This document shows, piece after piece, positions 23,320 through 35,909 of a stretch of DNA of 64,000 nt (within the stretch, counting starts at the first letter, position 1; the number at the start of each line of letters is the position of its first letter). The stretch is from contig OZ024741.1 of NCBI GenBank assembly GCA_964016885.1, positions 113,026,001 to 113,090,000 on the forward strand. The letters are read 5' to 3'. The notes under the pieces were generated by a model. It searched no databases. It was not told the origin of the DNA and saw nothing but the letters and a program-made list of their open reading frames with translations. Made by a program: the position numbers and the translations under genes. Source of the stretch: Eledone cirrhosa (Eukaryota).

Positions 23320-26300
23320 GTTCTTTGAGTCTCAGTCATTGATGTTAGTTAACTGGAAAGTTTGTTGAAATGAATATCAAGCCACTACCTGCAGCCTCAG
23401 ATATTCAGGACGTATCGGAGGGTTCTTGCTGTTCCCAGCAAGCATGCCTTTTGAAGCATTCCAAAAAGCATGGCGGGGCCAATTTTCTTTAACCATCCCT
23501 GGAAACATTTTTGAGATAGTACCTATTGCGCCTATGACAATCGGGGCCACTTTGATTTCATGGCAGTTCCAAATCCTTTTTACCTCCCACTTTAAGTCCT
23601 GGTATCGGTTAATTTTCTCCCTCTCCTTCTCTTGCACTCTTGTGTCGAATGGGCAGGCCACATCCACAATCAGGCAGAATCTTTTTTTTTTGTCCAAAAC
23701 CACCAGGTCAGGTCTATTGTGTTCCAGTTTCTTGTCCGTCTGTATCCTAAAATCCCACAGCACCTTCACCTGATCGTTTTCTATCACCGACTCTGGCTTA
23801 TGCTCATACCACTTCTCAGAATGTGGTAAATTGTTTACTTTGCATAGGTGCCAGTGGATCACACTGCCCATCAAATCATGTCTCCAGCCCTTATAGTGAG
23901 TCTGGGCTAGGTGTATACACTCAGATACAATGTGAGCCACAGTCTCCTCTCTCTCTCCACAGATCCTGCACAGTGGGCTAGGCTCCTCCTTGTAAATATG
24001 GTGTTTCAGCCACTTCATTTTGAGGGCCTGCTCTTGCGCAGCCATTAACATTCCTTCTGTAGCCTTTTTAAGGTCAACCAGTTGCATGTTTGTGGATATC
24101 TGAATTCAGTTTTCTCAAAGAAGGTACTATGAAGGGATTTTTCATGTAGGCTGCTCTTTCTCCTTGTTGTTATTTCCTCCTTGGACATCCCCTGGTCTAT
24201 TGTCCTCTCCTTCAGTACAGTTCTGAGCATTGGTTCCTTACTATCAGTCACGTATTTGTGTAGGTTGTTTTTCTCCATCTGAACACAGTACTCTATGCTG
24301 ATAAGACCTCTTCCACCTTCAGATCTCCTTAAGTAGAGTCTATCGACATCACTCCTCTTGTGGAACATGCTGTAGATAGTCAATAGCTTCCTAGTCTTCC
24401 TATCCATTTCTTTTTGTTCAGCAACATTCCATCTCAGAATTCCTGCACTGTACCTAATAATAGACACAGCTCGGGAATTTACTACACTTATGGCATTCCT
24501 ACTGTTCAGATGTGACTTTAATACGCTCCTTACTCTCCAAATGTATTCAGATCTTATCAATTCCTTCATTTTTTTGTTCTTGATGTCATCAGCCTCCAGA
24601 ACACCCAAATACTTGTATCCTTCTTCAATGTCAATTTCCTTTATCATCTCACCTGTTGGTACCTGGATTCCATTGCTTCTGCTCAATTTACCCCTCTTCA
24701 TCACAAGGACTCCACACTTACTAATACCAAATTGCATACATATATCATTGCTGAAAATACGGACAGTGTCAACAAGCACATCCAACTCCTTCTCACTCTT
24801 CCCGAAGAGCTTAAGATCGTCCATGAAGAGGAGGTGATTGATGGAAAGCTCTCCCTTTCCCAACTTGCATCCTGCTCTCACTTTTCGCAGTATAATGGTC
24901 AGGGGCATCAGGGCAAGGACAAACAACAGAGGGGACAGACTATCTCCCTGGAAGATACCTCTCTTGATCTTCACGCCTCCCAAGGATTCTCCAGCTGATG
25001 TTAACTCTGTTTTCCAGGACTTCATACTTTTGCCCAACAACTGTCTGATGTTATCTGCCACCTTGAAGATCTCTAGGCTTTTGGTGATCCAAGAATGAAG
25101 CACCATGACAAATGCCTTTTTGTAGTCTAACCATCCCATGGCAAGACCAGTGTGTCTCCTCTTGCTATTCCTCATTACCATCTTATCAATAAGTAACTGG
25201 TTCTTTGTACCACGGGACTTCTTTCGGCATCCTTTCTGTTCGTCCGGTAACAAGTTGTTTGTGTGGAGGTGATGGTAGAATTCCTCAGGCATAATGCTTG
25301 TCAACAGTTTCCACATTACGGACAGACATGTGATAGGTCTATATTTGTTAACATCATTACCCTTGATTCGGTCTTTCATTACCAGAACTGTGGTACCTTT
25401 TGTCAACCACTCTGGTACCTCACCTGACATCAAGCAGTCATTGAACATGGTTGTCATTTTCGGGTGGAGGGATGTTATATTTTTAATCCAATACCCCTGC
25501 ACACCATCTGGGCCTGGTGATTTCCAGTTGGTTAGTTTTTTGGCCTGCCCCTTAAGAGTTTCAACTGTGATACTCAAATCAGTTTGTTGGTGTGCCTGTT
25601 CACTAATCTCCTTTTGTACTGTCTCAATCCACACTGCCTGGTCATTATGTTTAACATCCTGCTCCCATATTCCTCTCCAGAATGTCTTAGTTTGTTCCGC
25701 CTCAGGGATCAAGTCGTTGCCTATTTCTTTCCCTTCAAGCTGTCCAAACAGCATCTTCTGGTTGTTGTCAAACATGCGGTTCTGTTTATACTGACTGACT
25801 CTGCTCTCGTATCGCCTAATGTTTGCACTCTTTGCTACAATGCGTTGCTTCAGTTCCTTTATGATAATATTTAGCTTTTTCCTCCTAGTTTTGTACTTTA
25901 TTTCCAGTCTATTTTTAATGTCTATGTTTTTTAATGTCCCATTCAGTAGGGACTCAAGCTTTCCAATGTCATTTCTCATTTCCCTGATTTGGCCATTCAG
26001 TCGTTTCTTCCACCAAGGCTCAGATCTTTCTTGTTTGTTGTTTCCTCTCGCTTTTATTCCAAGTAATTTCCTCACCACATTTGCTGTTGCTTTGAGGATA
26101 TTGTTGCACTGGTGAAGGCTCCTCGCCTCAAGGTATGGGATGACTTTGTTTACCTTAGCTGTTGTTTCTTTTAACTTTTTTCTGTCTACAAATCTTAGGT
26201 TCATAGGTTTCCCACTATCATTGTTCAATTCATCTACCACTAAGTTTAGGATATCAACCAAATCTTGTCCTAGCCCGTCAGCATTCATCTCCTCAATGGC

Positions 26301-27730
26301 CGTATCTTTGTTCCAGGTATTATTTATTTCAGCATTCAGATCATTGTCTGCTTCGGATGGTTCCTCCATTCTCTCAACCTCTTCACCTTCATTTCCCACT
26401 GGCTCGTTTGCCTGGCATACACCACTCTCCATTTCCAACCTAATCTCTCTGCTCAGTTCCTCCAGTTCCAGCTCGCTTATCCACCCATTAGTTCTTATTA
26501 CCCGAGCCTGCCCGACCAATTTTTGTTCATCTAATTTAAGTAGACCAATCTCGTTCCAGATGTTATGCATCCATTTCCTATAGCCTTTCTCCTTGGGGTT
26601 ACTCTACAGGTAACATTGCATAACAGTTCTATTCAATTCTTTCGTCCAGTTGGTTCTGGTCCCTTTCCTTCTTCTTCTTCCTCCAACACCAGCACTATTT
26701 GGTTGACAGCCAGGTCCCTGCTGCTGAGCCAGGGAGTACCTGCTGGGTGAGAGTCTGTCACATGACATTCCAGTCTCCACTTCACCGTTATTCGAACTGC
26801 TTAGGTTCGACATTTAAACACTCTTATCGAGGATTGGTGAATGTATGGTTACATAACCACCGGTGATTTTTGTGTGGCACTATCACGCTGTAGACGAACA
26901 TAAATAAACAAAAAAACAAGCAGGTAAAAAAAAAAAAAAAAAAAAGAATAAGCATAAGTTTCCTTGTAATGTAATGTTTGAATGTCTGACTTAGTTTTTC
27001 CCTTCCCTTCTCTGTCTGTCTGTTTGTTTTTCTTTTCATTTTTCTTTTCTTTACGTTTTTCGTTGTTGCTGTGCTGCTTTGATTTTGATTTTTGGTTTTC
27101 TGATTTTTTGACCGGGTCATCAAATCAGTCTATTTATATCTTTTGATGCCTTCCTCTTTTAGTGGGGACACTACGATGCATGTCTTAGCAGGAGGTAGTG
27201 GGAGAGAATAACGGCGGTAGTGATAATGAGGCAGTGGTGGTGGTGGTGGTGGTGGTGGTGCTGTGCTAGTAGTACTTAGCAGGAGGTAGTGGGAGAGAAT
27301 AGCGGCGGTAGCGATAATGAGGCAGTGGTGGTGGTGATGTGATCGTAGTACTGTAGTGATGGTGTTGAAGTTGAAGTAGAAATAGAAGTTGAGGTAACTT
27401 GACTAGAGTTTTTGGCGTGGTAGTGGTGATGGTGGCGGTGGTGGTGTTGGTGGTGAAATTATTTTTCTGTCTGTCCACTTAGCCATTTAGCTATTTAAGC
27501 ATTTTGCCATTTTCCTCTTTTTCGACTATAACATTTCTGATCCAATATTAAATATTGGGGCCCTATGCCGTAAAGTGATGCATTATGGCTTGCTGAGCAT
27601 GAAAACTGTAATCTTATTGTTCATTTGTAATAAGAATTATTCTATCACAGTTGTTTTAAAGAACTAAAAATCAAAAACTTACGGGAGCGATTCCATAACG
27701 ATATATATCCACCATGTGCGTTTTCTTCTT

Positions 27731-27745
<15 letters not shown>
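23320..27745 (-). mobile_element. Full-length R4/Dong-clade non-LTR retrotransposon, family A
   Basis: N-terminal NWTKELN..VMQCY (myb-like), RT (YRPITCL, QGDSLSP, FMDD), CCHC knuckle CRICG..H...C, RHD, PD-D..K RLE; ~900-nt 5' leader; in (TAA)n. Confidence 0.92.
23377..26813 (-). pseudogene. R4/Dong family A polyprotein (RT + zinc knuckle + restriction-like endonuclease), disrupted
   Basis: ORFs starting at 26813 and 26570 are in frame across one TAG at ~26605; frameshifts near 24090 and 23510. Confidence 0.88.
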
Positions 27746-27812
<67 letters not shown>

Positions 27813-27813
<1 letters not shown>

Positions 27814-30800
27814 AGTTGCATTTATCTTGCTTTAAGTTCATACGAGTTATCACCAAGTCACAACCAGTGACCTCAAGAGACAACAAGGTCCGCCATGTTC
27901 AAGAAAGAACATACATACTCACACATGCATCTTTAGTGTTTAGACTTGTGATGTACTTATATTGACAGAATCTTCCTTAGTATATGGGCAGTTCCCATTA
28001 GTACTATCTTTTGTATTTCTCCTATACGCGGGTTTCCTGGGATTTGCGATAAGTAATCATTATACCCCTTAGGTATCATTCCCAGAGCGCCTACAACCAC
28101 TGGTATTGTTTTAGTTCTCAATTTCCACATTTTTCCAATTTCTATCTCCAGGTCCTTATACTTGCTCAATTTTTCAAATGTTTTTATAGATACATTCTTC
28201 TCTATTGGAACAGACATATCAATTAGCAGGCATACCCTCTTTTTAAAGTCCTTCAATATTATATCAGGTCTATTTGCATCTATTCTTCGGTCTGTTTGGA
28301 TGCTAAAGTTCCACAAGATTGAGATGTGATGGAGCAGGTCAAAATGCTTACACATTATCCAATGTATGTATTGTGCAGCTCTGTCATGCCTGTTTAGGTA
28401 TTCGGTTGGAGCTATAGGACTGCACATTGAAATTATATGGTCAATGGTCTCTGGTTGTTTTTTACATACACGGCATAATGGGCTGCATCCATTTTTTATT
28501 ATGTTGGCTTGGTAATTTTTCGTTGGCAGACACTGATCTTGTGCTGATATAATCAGTCCTTCAGTCTCCGATTTCAGTCCAGAGGATGCCAACCACTGAT
28601 GGGTTAAAGTTTTGTCAACATCAGGATTGTTAGCTCGCTCTGGGTATTTTCCATACAGAGGCTTTTCTTGCCATTTCTTAGCCAGTTTCTGTAGCAGTTC
28701 TTTCTTTGCAGTTACTTTTACCTGCTTTGCTTTTTCTGTGTTTTCCATTTCAGCAGTAAATGGGACTTCTGAAATTTGTAGTCCATTACTGTATCTTTGT
28801 GCATCTTTTGTAATGGAATATGATCTTTTGATGCTTTCGTGTTTCAAAACGAGTTTGATCATCCAATCATGTGATTCCCTTAGATATGTAGATAATCCAA
28901 TTGTTGCAGTTTTCAACGTAATGTCTAACTGGCTTAACCCACATCCTCCTTCTTTCCTAGGGAGATATATTCTATCGATATCTGCCTTAGGGTGATGCAT
29001 TCTGTGCATGGTTAAGAATTTTCGAATTTTTGTATCGAGCCTACGGATCTCTGTGCTTGACCAGTTGATGACATTGTAACTGTAGGTTACTACTGGTATG
29101 GCAAGCGTGTTTATGGCATCGATCCTATTCCTTGCATTCAATTCCGTTCTTAAGATTGCTCTTACTCTGCGGTAACATTCCTTCCTTATCCTTTCCCTCA
29201 TTGTCGAGTGCTTGATTCCGTCTCCTTCACAAACACCTAGATATTTGTAAGTTTTTTTCTTGATCAAGTTCTCTTATCACGTTCCCCCGATCAAGATTAA
29301 TGCCTGAACTCTTCAGCAGCTTTCCTCTGGTGAACGTTGCTTTGGCGCATTTATCTAGTCCAAACTCCATTTTAATGTCATCACTGAACTGCTCCACAGT
29401 GGATAATAGCCCTTGCAATTCTTCATCATTTTTTTGCAAATAGTTTCAGGTCATCCATGTAGAACAGGTGATTAATGATTTTGTCATAGACTTTATATCC
29501 ATGTTTTGTTTCATTGAGCATTTTACTTAATGGTATAAGTGCGATGCAGAATAAAAGCGGTGATAAAGAGTCACCCTGAAAAATTCCACAATTAATATTA
29601 ACTTCTCCAGCTTCCAGTGATTTTGTTTCACTATTCAAAAGGAGTGTCGTTTTCCATGTGTTCATACTGAATGACAAAAACCTCCTGACAACGGGGGATA
29701 TTTTGAAAATCTCTAAACATTTTTCAATCCAACTGTGTGGCAAACTATCGAATGCTTTTTTATAATCTATCCAAGCAATCGATAGATTTTTGTGTCTATT
29801 ATGACAATCTTCCAATATCATTTTGTTAACCAGAAGCTGATCCTTACAGCCATATGAGCCTCGTTTACACCCTTTCTGCTCAATGGGAAATAGGTCATTT
29901 GTTATCAGGTGGTCATATGTGTATTCAGTTAGGACTGATGTTAAAATTTTATACATTGTGGTCAAGCAAGTTATCGGTCTGGAATTTTTGGGATTGTTTG
30001 TCTCATCATTCTTCGGAAGCAGGAATGTAATGCCGTTAACTAGCCATGATGGTATCTTTTCTAGCTCCTTAACTATTTCATTGTAAAGTTGGGCTAACAG
30101 CTCATGAGACTCTCTGAAGGCATTTATCCAAAAGTTTTGTATTTTGTCTTTTCCTGGGGATTTCCATTTGCTGGTTTTTCTTAGAGCCAAGTGCAACTGT
30201 TCAACTGTTATATTTTCCCATATTTGTTCCTCAAGGTGAGCTGTATCTTTCATTTGTCTGTCTATCCATGGGGCATGTATGTTATGAACTTTTTCTTCGG
30301 CCCAGATCTTTTCCCAGAATTCTTGCACTTCCTCCTTGGGTGGTATTGATTTAGCAGTTATTGTTGACTTACCAATTTTTCTGTAGAAGTTTCTTTGGTT
30401 GTTTTTGAACATATTATTGTCCTTATAGAATCTAGATCATTTTTCAAAGCGCCTTATACAAGCAGCTTTGGCCGACACTTTTTGCTTGATTATTTCTATC
30501 AGCATGTCTATGTCACTTGTTGATTTTATACTGTACTTTTTTTTCAATTTTCTAAGTTTAGTTTGTTTAACATGTCCACCTACTTTATAGTTTGTTAAAA
30601 TTTCTATGTCAGATCGGAGAAGGTTTATTTGGCGATTGATGTTCTCTTGCCAGTAGATTTCTTGTGGGAATTCCTTTGTTTTTTCATCTTCACTCCACAT
30701 AAATGAGTGGTGACTTTAGCCGATGCATAATAGAGATGATTTAAATCAGTAATGTTTAGTTTGTTTGTGATGATAATGTTTTTGAGAATTATGTTAGTCT

Positions 30801-32716
30801 TGTGTATTATCTTTTGGTTCTGTTTGGAGTTCTGGATCTTAGGGAGGGTGTCTCGTTGCCCCATGTCAGATTCTTTCATTTTCATCCATTCGATCATAAT
30901 TTCATCCTTCAAGTTGGCAAGTTCATTCTCATTCATTTCTTTATCATTTACGATCTCATTATTTTCATTTGGAGTTTCATCTTGAGCATGCACTCCCTCC
31001 ACTTTTTCGATCCTTTCTTTAATTTGTTCTGTGCCAGTGATTCTGCCCCCACCCTGGGATTCGAAGTGTTACAATTTACCTCGTTTTCACTGACACATGT
31101 TTCATTTTCCCTTCGCTGACTTTGTGCTAATAGCTTGATCTGATCAATTTCTATATCAGTTAGTAACTTTTTTCTTACAATATTTCTTCGTATATTGGCT
31201 AGTTTGTTACTGTCAATATAGCCTCTGTTTTCGGGATGTTTCTTTTTCCAGTTGATATATGTCTGTTCTGTATTCGATGTATTTGATGGGTAGTACATGG
31301 CAGTGTAGAAAGCCTCAAGGACTTCTTTATTATCTTCCCTTGACCATTTTTCTCTCTTTTTCTTTGGATTTCTTGGTGGTGAGCATGGAGGGCCAACAGT
31401 AGGAGTATTCCGGTTATGGGAGGTCTCCAGCTCCGAAGTGATGGGAAGGTTTGAACCATTAGCTGATTTTTCGACCCCAGTCTGGTTCCTCTCTGAGGGA
31501 CGCGGCCCTTTTTTACCCGGGTGACGGCCGATCCGGTATGAGATTTTATCATTAGACATTTACTTTATTTTGTCGCGTTTTATCCTTATCCGCCAAGGGG
31601 TAATCATTTCGTGTTACCACTTCTAGAACGAGTGTCAACCAAGACTAGAGGGGTCGTTCTCCCCTAGAGACACGGCTATTCCCCGCCGGCCGCCATCCCG
31701 GTATTTCTTGGTCACGGGGTTTTCTTTTTGTTGTTTTTTTAAATTGTTATTATCATGAGTGGTTCCTTAATGTGAGCATTGCGTGGCTTAAGAATGAAAT
31801 TATTAATAATTGTCTCCACTCCAGGCACAAGGCCAGCAATCACCCAGTGCATTACAATAATATAATATACTTTTTGCTGAAGTTGCCTGTTATTGTTGTT
31901 GGCTATGTCGGTGGTGGTGCCGGGGCTTTTTATATTGTTGGTGAGGAAGGGGTGAGCCAGCAGTGCCATAGTTGTTGATGTTGACGTTTGGCCGGGGTGG
32001 CCAGGTCACTAAGTCAATCTATTTATATCTTTTGCTAGCCTCTCCCTTGTCTAGTGATACCGCCACCTTCCCCTTTCTCTCTCAAGTTAACAGGGGAATA
32101 GTGGTGGTAGCAATGCAGGAGTGGTGGCGGCGGTGATGGGATAGTGGTAGCAATGATGGATGGAGTGGTGGCGGCGGTGGCGTTGTCGTTACTGAGTTTT
32201 GTGATATGTAGTATCTATGAGTTTGTGTCGCGTATATTTAATATATATTGTGTTGACATATTCCCGTAAAATTGGAATTAAACATTTTGTTAAAACTTGA
32301 GACAATAATAATAGTAATTATTATTATGATGCTGGGATTGGTGGTGGTGGTGGTGAAATTGCCGTTATCTGGCTGTTATATTTAGTGTGATGGGGTAGGT
32401 GGTGTATCAAGTTTCTGGTGTTGGTGAAATTGCTGTTATTTGGCTGTTCTATATAGTGTAGACAGAGGGTGTTTTCTTCCATTTATAACCATTTTCTTTT
32501 TTTGAATACAAAATATATAATACAAAATTGAATATTTGAGCGATATAACAATATAATATGGATCCGAAATTTTATGGGACTTGATTCGGTGGTTTATGCA
32601 ACATTTGTACTAAGAATTGTTATTTCACAATTGATTTAAATATGTTAAAAATCAAAAACTTACAGGAGCGATTTCATGACCTTCTACCACCTCGTGCGTC
32701 TTCTTCCCTTCTTCTT

Positions 32717-32745
<29 letters not shown>
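27813..32745 (-). mobile_element. Full-length R4/Dong-clade non-LTR retrotransposon, family B
   Basis: KWSREDNK..LEAFY N-terminus, RT (RPITCL, QGDSLSP, YMDD), CRVC..H...C, RHD, NRPDII..D..K; ~1.1-kb 5' leader; flanked by (TTA)n and (TTC)n(TTA)n. Confidence 0.92.
27957..31559 (-). pseudogene. R4/Dong family B polyprotein with several frameshifts and stops
   Basis: Collinear ORF pieces starting at 31559, 31002, 30700, 30412, 29439 and 29267; small deletion near 28325 relative to family A. Confidence 0.88.
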
Positions 32746-32785
<40 letters not shown>

Positions 32786-33351
32786 CATTATTATTATTAT
32801 TATTAATAATATTTGGATCAGAGAGGAGTGTTGGATTGGCAATATCAGTAGAATGTTAGACAAAATGCTTTTTAATATTTAGTTAAACTTTTCATATTCT
32901 GAGTTCAAATCCTGTTGAGGTCAACTATGCTTTTAATCCTTATAGGGAAGGTTATTCAATTTCACATATTGCTCTACTTATCAGCCCTATTGTTACCTTA
33001 TTTCTAATGAAAGACACTGCATAGTTTCAAATCATTTTGAAAATAATAAAAAATTTGGAGGAATTTAGTAATATAACTAACTTTCTCATTATTAAGATGT
33101 TTTTGTAGCATAATATAAAGGTTCTTACATGAAATTAGGCTTTGAAGGTTTTTAGAAAAATGTAAACAATTTACAACAAACAGTTTCATATTGTGATTTT
33201 GATATGACTAGGTAATTGGAGATATAATTTTGTACTATAAACGTTTCAGTACTATATATCAAATGAAAGTAAATGATTACATGTATCAATTAAGTATGAA
33301 AGTAACCCCAAATTTGGAAAAATGAAATAAAATAATTAATTAGTAAGCATG

Positions 33352-33570
33352 AAGGCTATGGATTGGCAGAATCATTAAAATTTCAGACTAAATACTTTGC
33401 AGCATTTAGTTACGTCCTTTTACATTCTGAGTTTAAATCCTGATTAGGTCAACTTTGCCTTTCATCCTTCCATGCTTAATAAAATAAAGAACCACTAAAG
33501 AACTGGAGTTGATATAATCAACTTCCCCCGGTCCACAAACTGTTGGATTTAAGTCAAAATTAGAAATAAT
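33352..33570 (+). mobile_element. SINE family B, degenerate copy
   Basis: ggattggcagaatc...gagtttaaatcc...ggtcaactttgcctttcatcc. Confidence 0.7.
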
Positions 33571-33670
33571 TGCTTAACAAAAATTTCTAAAATAAAATTA
33601 TGATAGAAGATTTTAATATAAATATTAACATTTTAAAATGAGCAGTTTTGTATCATAAATCTGGGGTGGC

Positions 33671-33900
33671 TTAACCCTGTAGCATTTAAATTACTCTATA
33701 TATACTATTGTATTTTCATGGTAAAGCCTTTGCCTCAGATAATTATCTCACATAATATCGAATCTATGAGATTTTGATATCATTTATTTTGAGAAAAATA
33801 CCTTAACATCAGTATGAGTGGTTGGTTACAGTTGGTTTGAGTGGAAAGAGGTGAAATAATTCTTGCTTGGATATTGCCGGTTTAAATGCTAAAGGGTTAA
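33671..33900. mobile_element. piggyBac-type MITE nested in a related MITE
   Basis: TTAA-ccctgtagcatttaaa ... tttaaatgctaaaggg-TTAA; host element resumes ggtggcttggtatcaaacgggtt (uninterrupted relative at 56060-56099). Confidence 0.8.
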
Positions 33901-34160
33901 GGTGGCTTGGTATCAAACGGGTTTGAGAAATTGGATTATACTCTGCCATGGATGTTTCTCTGTCATCAGCAGAACAAATGGATGGTGATGGTAATCTAAT
34001 GGATGGTAGCATAATGAGACTTTTGCTTGTAAACAAATCGCATATTATTAATATTTGATATAAAACTCACCAATATATATATAAATATACATATAAATAT
34101 AAAGGTATATATGTACATATATGAGTGTGTCTATATATATATACATATATATATATATAC

Positions 34161-34249
<89 letters not shown>

Positions 34250-34252
<3 letters not shown>

Positions 34253-35141
34253 GGTGCGGACGATATTTGTTTGCAAGATTACTGTCTAGGAAAAAATAAC
34301 ACAGTAGTTTTATTTTTTAAGATATATTTATCAAACTTGGGTCAGTTTGTCTTCTTGGCTTGTTCTTTTGATCTCACTTGATAAACCCGCCATTAGCCTT
34401 GATGATGGCCTCAAGTTGGCCTAGGAACCGGCTACAGGCTTTCGTCACTGTCCCCCGACTTAGGCCCCTAAAGGCACTTGTGATCCTGGCCTTCAGATCG
34501 TCTTTCATATTGCAGCTAGATCTGTTCATGTCTCATTCCACTGCGCCCCACACAAAGAAGTCGAGGGGGTTGCAGCCAGGCGAGCTGGGAGGCCAGATGT
34601 CAGGTGAAGTGTGGTCGACGAAGTTCTCTGGCAGCCAGGCTTGGGTCTTTCGGCTGGTGTGGCAGGGCACTGAGCCTTGCTGCCACACATACGGCCTACC
34701 TGCAGCTATCTGGTCGATCCAGGGCTTTACTACCTTGCTCAGAATGCGGATGTAGCCATCGGTGTTCAGCTTGAGGCCATCAGGGAAGAAGTGAGGTGGT
34801 ATGATGTCATCTTGACTGCTGACGACACCTAAGACCAATGTTGTCTCTGGAAACTTTGTCTGCTTGACTCTGGGCACGTCTTTGGATGAGACAGCGAGCC
34901 ACCTGTTGTTCTGGGAGTTGATCTTCTGGTTTTATTTGTCCTCCTGGCGCGGATTCCAAGAAGAACTCCGTGTCTCTTCCACAAATTTGGAGGTTCAAAA
35001 TTATTCATAATCAATTATTCTGAAAATAAATAATGGAAATATAGTCACTGTTTTTATGAAGACAAGAGTGACAACGGAAGTTAAAAAAATTTGCATAAAA
35101 TTAGCAGTTGAAAATTGCGAACAAATATCGTCCGCACCCTG
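34250..35141 (-). mobile_element. Internally deleted Tc1/mariner-superfamily transposon (maT/DD37D-like)
   Basis: 27-bp TIR cagggtgcggacgatatttgtt.gcaa in TA context; remnant VWQQGSVPCH...WPPSSPGCNPLDFFVWG with catalytic Asp positions decayed. Confidence 0.88.
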
Positions 35142-35143
35142 TA

Positions 35144-35174
<31 letters not shown>

Positions 35175-35862
35175 ATGGAAAATTTGAACAGGAACAGGAC
35201 AGAGAGGCAGTACAACGAATGTTTATTAATTTCACGCTCTTGAGAGTGGGGTGGTGGTGGGGAACGACGTTTCGGGCATAAGCCCTTCTTCAGGTGAAAA
35301 GTGTGTGGGAAGAGAGTTCAAAGGGTGTGTAGGGGAGTGGTGGAGAGACATATAGGAAAAAGGGGGTGGGAGGAAACGGTGCAAATGAAATTAAAAATAA
35401 AAGCATGATCAAATTAAAATTAAAATGGGGTAAAACAGGTGGTGGAAGGATGTGGGGCGTGTAGGGGTGGTGGCTGGTGGAGTGGGGAGAGGGAGACGGG
35501 GTGTCCGAGCGGGGAGGGCTGTGTGTGTAGGTGTACGTGTGTGTGTGTGTATGTGAAAGCAAGGGTTGGGGAAAGAACGGGGTTGCATGTTCAGGAAGAG
35601 GTGTGTGTGCGTGTGTGGATAGAGGGGTGGGGGGAGAGGAATCCGGAGGCTGAATGTGTAAATATGTGGTGGAACGCACGTGTGTGGTGTTTAAGCGTGT
35701 TGTGGGTGTGGGTGTAGGTGGCGTGTGGGAAAAAATGTTTTGGGGTGTGTGTGTGGGTGAGTCATAAAGGTGATTCTGTAAGAAGATGTGGTGGAATGGT
35801 TAGTAAAATCCTAGGATAGTGGTTGATTCCACGGTCAAGGTCCACATACGTGTAATCCGTGA

Positions 35863-35899
<37 letters not shown>

Positions 35900-35909
35900 T
35901 ATGTGTATA

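Noticed and set aside
24490-26583. Plus-strand ORFs over the R4 element, and antisense ORFs over the RTEs
   Set aside because: Antisense shadows of RT coding sequence with no independent motifs.
31560-31725. HDV-like ribozyme in the GC-rich R4 leader
   Set aside because: Expected by analogy with R2/R4 elements, but I could not build the nested double pseudoknot by eye; needs a motif search.
35230-35300. Minus-strand hammerhead (tttcac-CTGAAGA-agggc ttat gccc-GAAAC...gtgaaa)
   Set aside because: Core and stem II are present but I could not place stem III and an NUH site next to stem I; probably a pLTR relic (relative at 58430-58500).
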